Shown here piece by piece: positions 29,517 to 37,277 of a stretch of 64,000 nucleotides of DNA; the stretch's first letter is position 1, and every line of letters starts with the position of its first letter. A program made the position numbers and the translations under genes. The notes under the pieces are model-generated. The model was not told where the DNA came from. It saw only the letters and a program-made list of their open reading frames with translations, and did not search any database. Source of the DNA: Dehalococcoidia bacterium (lineage in GTDB: Bacteria; Chloroflexota; Dehalococcoidia; UBA6926); the NCBI GenBank assembly GCA_965243495.1, contig CBDEUZ010000007.1, positions 154,450-218,449 of the forward strand, written 5' to 3'.

Positions 29517-30584
29517 TTGATGGGGTTGAAAATGATTCATGGGGGTTTGGACGAAGGAGAGTTGCGCTCTCTGGGCCTACGGCCGGAGCGGGTGCTCGAC
29601 TTTAGCGCCAACATCAACCCCTTGGGCCCGTCCCTCGGCGTTAGCCGCGCCGCAGCTCAGGCGAACGTGTCTGCCTACCCGGACCGCCATAGCTTGGCCT
29701 TGCGTGAGGCTCTTGCGGAAAGGCTGGGGGTTGGTATCGACAACCTCATCATCGGTAACGGCTCCACGGAGCTCATCCATCTTCTGGCCCGCGCTTATCT
29801 TGGACCTGGAGTCACGTCCCTGATCTTTGCTCCGACGTTCGGGGAATACGAAACTGCCGCAGCACTGGCCGGAGCCAACGTATGCCACTTTCACGCCGAT
29901 GAGTCTCAGGACTTTCGATGGCCGCTTAATGAAGCGGTAAAGACAATCGAACGGACGCGACCCGCCCTGGTCTTCCTCTGTAATCCCAACAATCCAACAG
30001 GCGTCTATCTGGATCGCAGCGATGTCGAGAAGATTCATGGAGCTTTGAGAGGGGACTCGTTGCTGGTGTTGGACGACGCCTATAGCTCCCTGGCAGATCG
30101 CGCATGGGATCCCATCCCACTGCTCCGCAAAGGCAACATCGCGATATTGCGTTCCATGACAAAGGATCACGCGCTTGCAGGCGTAAGGCTCGGGTACATG
30201 GTCGCCGAGCCTCATGTCATCTCAAGCGTGCGTCGACTTCAACCGGCCTGGAGCGTCAACGCCGTCGCTCAGGCGGCGGGCATTGCCGCGTTGAATGATC
30301 AGCAGCATGTTGCCGCGGCGAGAAAAATCATCGCGGAGGCGAAAGAATATCTTTCGGGTCAGCTTGCAGCATTGGGGATTCCGGTAACCGTCTCTGCCGC
30401 CAATTTCGTGCTTGCAAAAGTGGGGGCGGCATCGGAAGTGCGCCAGGAGCTGCTGCGCCGACACATCGCCGTGCGTGACTGCGCATCCTTCGGTCTTCCC
30501 GAACACATACGCATCGCCGTCCGGCGGCGCGAGGACTGCGACAGGCTCATAGAATCGCTGCGAGAGGTGTTGGGGCATGAGTAG
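29517..30584 (+). CDS. PLP-dependent aminotransferase-fold enzyme, HisC/CobD family (candidate L-threonine-O-3-phosphate decarboxylase)
   Basis: HisC-like class II aminotransferase fold (..LDFSANINPLGPS.., conserved Lys region ..LRSMTKDHALAGVRLGY..). Its position directly after cbiB suggests the CobD decarboxylase role. Confidence 0.7.
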   Translation: MMGLKMIHGGLDEGELRSLGLRPERVLDFSANINPLGPSLGVSRAAAQANVSAYPDRHSLALREALAERLGVGIDNLIIGNGSTELIHLLARAYLGPGVTSLIFAPTFGEYETAAALAGANVCHFHADESQDFRWPLNEAVKTIERTRPALVFLCNPNNPTGVYLDRSDVEKIHGALRGDSLLVLDDAYSSLADRAWDPIPLLRKGNIAILRSMTKDHALAGVRLGYMVAEPHVISSVRRLQPAWSVNAVAQAAGIAALNDQQHVAAARKIIAEAKEYLSGQLAALGIPVTVSAANFVLAKVGAASEVRQELLRRHIAVRDCASFGLPEHIRIAVRRREDCDRLIESLREVLGHE

Positions 30585-31479
30585 TCGCCAACGTGCCGGA
30601 GGCATCGGAGTAGCCTCAGCTCCCGCAACCTGCGGCGAGTTGGCACAAGGAATCCTGGACGGAACGCCGGTCATGGCAACCTGCCCCATCAACATGTTCT
30701 CAACAGTCACCGTCGACCTGGTGAAAGGCTCGGGTCGCGTTCATGGCTCGGCCAACTCTCGTAAAGCCTGCCGCGCCGTGGAGCTGACGCTGGCGCTCAT
30801 GGAACGGACTGACGTGGATGCCCGTCTGAACATTGAGAGCTGCATCCCGCGCAAGAAGGGAATGGCAAGCAGCACCGCGGACATCATTGCAGCCATCGCA
30901 GCGACGGGTGCTGCGCTCGACACTGACATATCGGTCTCCCAGCAAGCCGAGTTGGCCCTTTCCATCGAACCGAGCGACGGGACAATGCTGCCGGGTATTG
31001 CGCTCTTTGATTACAGGCATGGAAGCATCGCGCGATCCCTGGGGCACCCGCCTGGCATGCGAATCCTGGTGTTGGAGTTCGAGGGAGACCTTGACACTGA
31101 ATCATTCAATGCAGTGAACCGGGAGGCTGAACTCCGGGGGCAGTCGCCGCGTCTCCGCGACGCGCTTGAGTTGATCACAGAGGGGTTGGAGTCATGCGAC
31201 GCCGAGGCCGTTGGCCGCGGCGCGACACTGAGCGCCCTGACATACCAGGCGGTGCTCCCCAAGCCGCAACTGCCCACAGTGCTCTCACTTGCACAGGACG
31301 CCGGGGCAGTAGGTGTGAACGTCGCCCATAGCGGTACCGTCATCGGGCTGCTCTTCAGAGACGACTCGGATCGGACAGCATGGGCAGCAACTGAAGCCTC
31401 GAAGCGCCTCCCCAACCTCACAGCGATACACAACTGCAAGCTCATAGGCGGCGGTGTACAACAAACCGTCCCGCGCTAG
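30577..31479 (+). CDS. GHMP kinase family protein (candidate L-threonine kinase, PduX/BluE-like)
   Basis: GHMP motif KGMASSTADIIAAIAA. Overlaps the preceding gene by 8 nt. The functional call rests on its position after cbiB and the decarboxylase. Confidence 0.6.
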   Translation: MSSRQRAGGIGVASAPATCGELAQGILDGTPVMATCPINMFSTVTVDLVKGSGRVHGSANSRKACRAVELTLALMERTDVDARLNIESCIPRKKGMASSTADIIAAIAATGAALDTDISVSQQAELALSIEPSDGTMLPGIALFDYRHGSIARSLGHPPGMRILVLEFEGDLDTESFNAVNREAELRGQSPRLRDALELITEGLESCDAEAVGRGATLSALTYQAVLPKPQLPTVLSLAQDAGAVGVNVAHSGTVIGLLFRDDSDRTAWAATEASKRLPNLTAIHNCKLIGGGVQQTVPR

Positions 31480-31484
31480 GCACG

Positions 31485-32095
31485 CTCTCCCCCATCGTCA
31501 TTCCCGCGAAAGCATGCCCCGTACTCTGATACGGGGCGGCAATGGATTCTCGCCCGCAGGACGGCCTCTTCCGTCATTCCGAGCGCAGTCGAGAAATCCA
31601 AAGGCTCAATAGACCGCCAAAGCGGGAACGCGGTGTGCAACATACACAGGTCATTCAGAGTTCGACCGCGAACCTTGGCTGTAGGCACTGCCTACCCGAG
31701 AGCCGTAGCGCAGCTACCCGTTCGCCCTGAGCCTGTCGAAGGGGGCTCCCGAACGGGGATCTAGCCCCCCTCGTCATTCCCGCTAAAGCATGTCCCGTAC
31801 TTGATACGGGGCGGGAATCCAGTGCGGTCCGTAGGGCAGCCTCTTCTGTCATTCCGAGCGCAGTCGAGGAATCCAAAGACTCATATGGCAAGCATGCTGG
31901 AACGCGGGTGCCAGACTGCACTGGCCAGACGACCCGGAACGCGAACTAAAAGCCGTAGCGCAGCTACCCGTTCGCCCTGAGCCTGTCGAAGGGGGATCCC
32001 GAACGGGGGTCTAGCCCCTCTTCGTCATTCCCGCGAAAGCGGGAATCCAGTGCGGCGCGCAGCGCCGCCCAACCTCACCCCTTTGCTATCATCAC
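31485..32095. repeat. Mosaic repeat array, about 610 nt, the longest in the window (A-variants with nested hairpin, C, E, F, B, A ...)
   Basis: A-variant at 31497-31545 and 31785-31850 carries a second hairpin (atg[c/t]cccgtact[c]tgatacgggg) inserted in the A loop. C at 31562-31600 and 31845-31885, E at 31620-31700, B at 31720-31765 and 31965-32010, A at 32025-32080. Confidence 0.85.
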
Positions 32096-32099
32096 CAAT

Positions 32100-33371
32100 A
32101 TGAAAAAGACGGTCAGCGATATCGACGTGTCCGGCGCGCGATGCCTCGTGCGCGTCGATTTCAACGTTCCGTTCGAACCCGGCACAACCACAATCTCCGA
32201 CGACTCCCGCATCCGCGCCGCCCTACCAACCATCAACTACCTTCGTGAGCGGGGCGCGCGCGTCATCCTCGCAACCCATGTGGGCAGACCAAAGGGCATC
32301 GACGACGGCTTGCGCGTAGCGCCCATGGCCGCACGGCTCTCCGAACTCCTCTCATCGCCCGTCACTGTCGCGCCCGACTCCATCGGCGAGGAAACCGAAA
32401 AGCTCGCCGCCGCGCTCGGCCCCGGTGATGTCCTCTTCCTTGAAAACACGAGGTTCCACCCCGAAGAGGAGAAGAACGCTCCTGATCACTCAGCCGCCCT
32501 CGCCCGTCTTGCGGACTTCTATGTGAACGATGCCTTTGGGTCCGCCCACCGCGCCCACGCCTCCACGGAGGGCGTCGCCCATCTCCTGCCCGCCGTCGCG
32601 GGGTTCCTCCTTGATAAGGAGATCCGCATGTTGGGCGGCATCCTTGAATCGCCCCGCCGTCCGCTGGCAACGCTCATGGGCGGCGCAAAGGTCGGCGACA
32701 AGATGGCCGTCATGGAGCGACTCATCGAGAGCTCGGACATGCTCATCGTCGGCGGTGGCATGGCCGCCGCGTTCCTGGAAGCCCGTGGAATGCGAACCGG
32801 TAAGAGCCTGCTCGAAGCGGACGGCCCGCAGATGGCAGGGCGAATCGAAAGCGCCGCAAGGGCCCGAGGCATCCAACTGCTGATTCCGACGGACGTGATC
32901 GTGGCAACCGAACTCTCCGCCGATGCCCCCGTGTCCGCCGTAAGCAGCGACGCCATCCCTGCAGATGGAATGCTCCTGGACATCGGCCCCGAGACGCGCG
33001 ATACCTACACGCGCGCCTTGCGACTCTGCCAGACAGTACTTTGGAACGGCCCGATGGGTGTATTCGAGTACGACCAATTCGCCGGAGGCACACGCGCTAT
33101 CGCCGAATGCCTCGCCCAACACGCCGGCGCTCCCACCTCCCTTCGTCATTCCCGCGAAAGCGGGAATCCAGTGCGGCGCGCAGCGCCGCCACCTTCTCAC
33201 GCCCCACACGGCGCAACCGTCGTCGTTGGCGGCGGCTCGACGGCTGAGGCCGTCGACGCCCTCGGATATGCCGACGCCATGACCCATGTGTCCACCGGCG
33301 GCGGCGCGGCCCTCGAATTCCTTGAAGGCCGTGTCCTCCCCGGCATCGCCGCCCTCCAGGACATGGACTGA
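32100..33371 (+). CDS. pgk: phosphoglycerate kinase carrying an in-frame repeat-element insertion
   Basis: Full-length PGK (..VRVDFNVP.., ..VWNGPMGVFE.., ..GGGSTAEAV..STGGGAALEFLEG..). Between ..ECLAQHAGA and TVVVGGG, 27 extra residues (PTSLRHSRESGNPVRRAAPPPSHAPHG) are encoded by an exact copy of repeat module A at 33143-33189. Confidence 0.9.
   Translation: MKKTVSDIDVSGARCLVRVDFNVPFEPGTTTISDDSRIRAALPTINYLRERGARVILATHVGRPKGIDDGLRVAPMAARLSELLSSPVTVAPDSIGEETEKLAAALGPGDVLFLENTRFHPEEEKNAPDHSAALARLADFYVNDAFGSAHRAHASTEGVAHLLPAVAGFLLDKEIRMLGGILESPRRPLATLMGGAKVGDKMAVMERLIESSDMLIVGGGMAAAFLEARGMRTGKSLLEADGPQMAGRIESAARARGIQLLIPTDVIVATELSADAPVSAVSSDAIPADGMLLDIGPETRDTYTRALRLCQTVLWNGPMGVFEYDQFAGGTRAIAECLAQHAGAPTSLRHSRESGNPVRRAAPPPSHAPHGATVVVGGGSTAEAVDALGYADAMTHVSTGGGAALEFLEGRVLPGIAALQDMD
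33143..33189 (+). repeat. Module A copy inside the pgk coding frame
   Basis: cgtcattcccgcgaaagcgggaatccagtgcggcgcgcagcgccgcc is identical to the intergenic copy at 32035-32080. Total inserted length keeps the frame open. Confidence 0.9.
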
Positions 33372-34140
33372 ACTTTTCTCTGCCATTCCAAGCGCAACTA
33401 AAGGGTCCCCGTTCGGGAGCCCCCTCGTCATTCCCGCGAAAGCGGGAATCCAGTGCGGCGCGTAGCGCCGCCATTAATCCCCTCTCCCTGAGGGGGAGGG
33501 TTAGGGTGGGGGTGACTCCCCCGTCATTCCGAGCGCAGCCGAGGAATCCAAAGACTCCACAGACCGCCAAAACCGGAACGCGGCACACCAAACCCAACGA
33601 CGACCCTCCCCGGCATCGCCGCCCTCCAGGACGCGGACTAGTCCCCGTTCGCCCTGAGCCTGTCGAAGGGGGCTCCCGAACGGGGAACCAACATCCCCTC
33701 CCCCTCGTCATTCCCGCGAAAGCGGGAATCCAGTGCGGCGCGCTGCGCCGCCATTAATCCCCTCTCCCTCAGGGAGAGGGTTAGGGTGAGGGGGGCTGTA
33801 ATTCCGAGCGCCCTTACTGTCATTCCGAGCGCAGTCGAGGAATCCAAAGCCTCAATAGACCGCCAGAGCAGGAACGCGCATCCGAACCCAACGGCCGCCC
33901 GCACCGGAACGTGAACTTTGGCCGTAGCGCAGCTACCGAGAGCCGTAACGCAGTTACCCCGTTCGCCCTGAGCTTGTCGAAGGGGGCTCCCGAACGGGGA
34001 CCTAGCTCCCCTTCGTCATTCCGGCGCAGGCCGGAATCCACCCCGTGGCCCGTAGGGCCACAACACTCTCCTGCAAACCTTTGTGCTATTCTCAAATTCG
34101 GTGTACAGCGGCATCAAGAGTACAAAGGAATAATTTGAGG
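33372..34140. repeat. Mosaic repeat array (A, D, C, E, B, A, D, C, E, F, B, A-variant)
   Basis: Two successive composite blocks A-D-C-E at about 33420-33600 and 33705-33900, then F+B at 33911-34005 and an A-variant (cgtcattccggcgcaggccggaatcc) at 34015-34045. The D copies contain (G3N3)3G3 tracts. Confidence 0.85.
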
Positions 34141-35196
34141 ATGGAAACCTTTGACGAAGTAATACGGGCAGCGCTGGAGGCAGCCCGGCAGCGTGAAGGC
34201 TATATCGGCCCGCTTGAGGACTTTACGATTGCCCTTGCTAGCAGAGACTGGCAGGAGAGAGACCCCGTTATTGAAGGAATACTCACCGACATCAGGGCTG
34301 GCTCACAAGAACCTCTGACACTATGGCATGCACAGCATCATGGTGTTGAGGACACGATTCTCCAGAAGTGGAACGAACCCCTGCGACTTCTTGATCTCCT
34401 GATTGTCCTTGCTGGGCAATTCGGCACAGATTTCTACAGGGAACGCATAGCAACAGTGGAAGACGGTGGTGAGCGTTTACTGCTCACGGTGCTCACTGAG
34501 CTACACGCCAGAGCTTGCCAAATATCCTCCGCTATACATCTGCTGCTGCGTTCAGGATATGCGGATGACGCTCACGCGCGATGGCGCACACTGCACGAGA
34601 TTTCAGTAATAGCCAATTTTGTGAAGGACGGCGGGGCATCACTTGCTGAAAGATACCAAGAGCATGGAACCATACAGCGGTGCAAGGAATTACGTGCATT
34701 CCGTGAACGTAGTCAGTTATTCGGGAACGAGCCGGAATGGACTGTTGCTGACCATTGGTTCGAGGAACGCTATGAATTGCTTATACAAAAGTATGGCTCG
34801 TCCTTCAAGGAGGACTACGGCTGGGCTGCGGATGCACTCGGCAAGAAGAAGCCAACTTTCAGAGACATTGAGAATAACGTGAAGATAGCCGATACAGTGC
34901 CTATGGCGCTGATGCGCGCGCAATACAGGATGGCAAGCGCAAATGTTCATGCATCCGCACACGGCACTCAATTTCGGTTAGGACTGGGTAAGCATAGTAG
35001 CACTGGAATCCTGTTTGGCCCTAGTATTCAAGGTCTAGGTGACCCAGGGTTTGCGACTGCAAATGCTCTTTGTGAAACGGCACTTACGCTTCTTCAGACA
35101 AGATCGAATGAAGACGATGTCGTGCGCATCTCGATACTGACGAATCTCACCGAGACAACTTCGAACGTATTCCTCACAACGCCGGACGATGATTAG
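34141..35196 (+). CDS. Hypothetical protein (351 aa), lower-GC, first gene of the two-gene island
   Basis: RBS GAGG before ATG 34141. No recognisable catalytic family from sequence. It contains an R-x4-H stretch (RWRTLHE), weakly reminiscent of HEPN-type motifs. GC is about 52% against about 65% in flanking DNA. Confidence 0.55.
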   Translation: METFDEVIRAALEAARQREGYIGPLEDFTIALASRDWQERDPVIEGILTDIRAGSQEPLTLWHAQHHGVEDTILQKWNEPLRLLDLLIVLAGQFGTDFYRERIATVEDGGERLLLTVLTELHARACQISSAIHLLLRSGYADDAHARWRTLHEISVIANFVKDGGASLAERYQEHGTIQRCKELRAFRERSQLFGNEPEWTVADHWFEERYELLIQKYGSSFKEDYGWAADALGKKKPTFRDIENNVKIADTVPMALMRAQYRMASANVHASAHGTQFRLGLGKHSSTGILFGPSIQGLGDPGFATANALCETALTLLQTRSNEDDVVRISILTNLTETTSNVFLTTPDDD

Positions 35197-35240
35197 GCTG
35201 GTAACCGTCCTGAACTTGTCCATGAAAGAGGCAGCACCCT

Positions 35241-36884
35241 ATGACGACCGACTGGAAAAACAAACTCTACTTCGGCGATAACCTCCCCATCATGCGGGAG
35301 CACATCCCGGACGAGTCCGTCGATCTCATCTACCTCGATCCGCCCTTCAACTCCAACGCCACCTACAACGTCCTCTTCCGCGAGCACGATTCCTCGGAGT
35401 CCGCCGCCCAGATTCAGGCATTCGACGATACCTGGCACTGGAGCACGGACGCCGAATGGCATTACCAGCAGGTCGTCACCACCGGCCCGCGAAAACTCGC
35501 GGACATGCTTGGGGCCATGCGCACATTCCTCGGCCAGAACGACATGATGGCCTACCTCACCATGATGGCCCCGCGCATGGTGGAACTGCACCGCGTCCTC
35601 AAGCCCACCGGCAGCATCTACCTCCATTGCGACCCCACCGCCAGCCACTACCTCAAGCTCCTCATGGACGCCGTGTTCGGGCCGACAAGGTTCAGGAACG
35701 AAATCACGTGGAAACGCTCTCATCCCAAGGGATTAGCATTCACTCGCTTCGCATCAAACCATGACGTGATTTTGGTGTACGGCTCCACCAGCGATGCCAC
35801 CTGGAATGCAATGTATACGGAGAACCCTCGCGCCCACGAGCAATACAACCTCATTGAAGAAGGCACAGGACGTAGATACCAGTTGACCAGTCTATTGAAT
35901 CCAAATCCAGATCGCCCAAACCTGACATACGAATTCAAGGGCGTAACGAGAGTATGGCGATGGACAAAAGAACGCATGGAACAAGCTGATAAAGACGGGC
36001 TAATCGTTGTTCCGCGTGAGGGACAAGGGGTTCCGAGACTGAAGAGGTATCTTGATAAACAGGAAGGGATTCCAGTAGGCGACACTTGGGATGACATCCC
36101 AATTGCGGCTGGCAAAGAGCGCCTCGGCTATCCCACCCAGAAGCCCGAGGCCCTGCTTGAACGCATCATCTCCGCCTCCAGCAACGAGGGCGATGTCATC
36201 CTCGACCCCTTCTGCGGCTGCGGCACCGCCGTCGCCGTCGCGGAACGCCTGAACCGCAAGTGGATCGGCATCGACGTCACCCATCTCGCCATCTCCCTCA
36301 TGCGCAGCCGCCTGCGTGACTCGTTCGGCGATGACCTGTCCGACTATGAGGTCGTCGGCTCCCCCGCGGACGCGGAGAGCGCCCGCGCACTGTCGCTTGA
36401 GGGCGGCAACACCGGCCGATACCAGTTCGAATACTGGGCGCTCGGCCTGGTTGAGGCCCGCCCTGCCCGCGACATGAAGAGGGGCGCGGACGCCGGTATC
36501 GACGGCTACATCAACTTCTTTGACGACAACTCCGGCAAAGCCAAGTCCGTCATCGTCCAGGTCAAGAGCGGTAACGTGGGCCGCAACGTCATCGCCACCC
36601 TGAAGGGCGACATGGAACGCGAAAACGCCGAAATGTCTCTGCTGATCACCTTGCGTCCGCCCACCAAACCGATGCTTGATGAGGCTGCGTCCGCCGGATT
36701 CTACACGCCGGAGGCCTACCCGGACCGACAATTTCCCCGCGTCCAGATCGCCACCATTGAGGACATCCTCAACGGCAACGGCCCCGCGATACCCCAACTC
36801 GGCCTCTCCCAACCCCCGACCTTCCGCCGCGCCCCCCGCCGCCGCCGAACAGACTCCACATCCCCCCGCATGAACATCGGCTAG
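35241..36884 (+). CDS. Beta-class N6-adenine/N4-cytosine DNA methyltransferase fused to a C-terminal Mrr-like (PD-(D/E)xK) nuclease-type domain
   Basis: Motif IV LIYLDPPFNS near the N-terminus, motif I/X ..GYPTQKPEALLERII..VILDPFCGCGTAV.. after a central target-recognition region (beta-class order). The C-terminal approximately 190 aa carry ..DAGIDGYINFF..SVIVQVKSGNVGRNVIATLKG..LLITL.., matching the Mrr catalytic-domain pattern. The central TRD segment (about 35700-36110) is about 48% GC while both flanks are about 65%. Confidence 0.8.
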   Translation: MTTDWKNKLYFGDNLPIMREHIPDESVDLIYLDPPFNSNATYNVLFREHDSSESAAQIQAFDDTWHWSTDAEWHYQQVVTTGPRKLADMLGAMRTFLGQNDMMAYLTMMAPRMVELHRVLKPTGSIYLHCDPTASHYLKLLMDAVFGPTRFRNEITWKRSHPKGLAFTRFASNHDVILVYGSTSDATWNAMYTENPRAHEQYNLIEEGTGRRYQLTSLLNPNPDRPNLTYEFKGVTRVWRWTKERMEQADKDGLIVVPREGQGVPRLKRYLDKQEGIPVGDTWDDIPIAAGKERLGYPTQKPEALLERIISASSNEGDVILDPFCGCGTAVAVAERLNRKWIGIDVTHLAISLMRSRLRDSFGDDLSDYEVVGSPADAESARALSLEGGNTGRYQFEYWALGLVEARPARDMKRGADAGIDGYINFFDDNSGKAKSVIVQVKSGNVGRNVIATLKGDMERENAEMSLLITLRPPTKPMLDEAASAGFYTPEAYPDRQFPRVQIATIEDILNGNGPAIPQLGLSQPPTFRRAPRRRRTDSTSPRMNIG

Positions 36885-37277
36885 CCCTGCCCACCCTGAG
36901 CCTGTCGAAAGGCCTTCCACTTCCCGTTCGCCCTGAGCCTGTCGAAGGGGGCTCCCGAACGGGTACCTAGCCCCCTCGTCATTCCCGCGAAAGCGGGAAT
37001 CCAGTGCGGCGCGCAGCGCCGCCTCTCATGTCATTCCGAGCACAGCCGAGGAATCTAAAGACTCCACAGACCGCCAAAGCCGGAACGCGACACACCAGCC
37101 TCACGCACAAATCGACGCTGATCGCGAGCTATGGTTGTAGGCACTGCCTACCCGCCCAAAGCCGGAACGCGGCACACCAAACCCACGAACCGTTCTCGCC
37201 GGAACGTGAACTTTGGCCGTAGCGCAGCTACCCGAGAGCCGTAACGCAGTTACCCCCGCTATACTGTCCACACGCAT
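36885..37277. repeat. Mosaic repeat array (B-partial, B, A, C, E, E, F)
   Basis: B fragments at 36895-36965, A at 36975-37020, C at 37025-37065, E at 37065-37200, F (gaactttggccgtagcgcagctacccgagagccgtaacgcagttacccc) at 37198-37255. The F copy is a direct repeat of 33905-33961 on the other side of the island. Confidence 0.85.

Noticed and set aside
33770-33790. TTAGGG (telomere-like) hexamer inside module D
   Set aside because: It is a single hexamer in a G-rich repeat, not a tandem array, and so coincidental. The G-quadruplex potential is reported separately.
31485-34140. CRISPR array
   Set aside because: The repeats are of several different families, of unequal length, in both orientations and with irregular spacing. 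There are no uniform repeat-spacer units and no cas genes.
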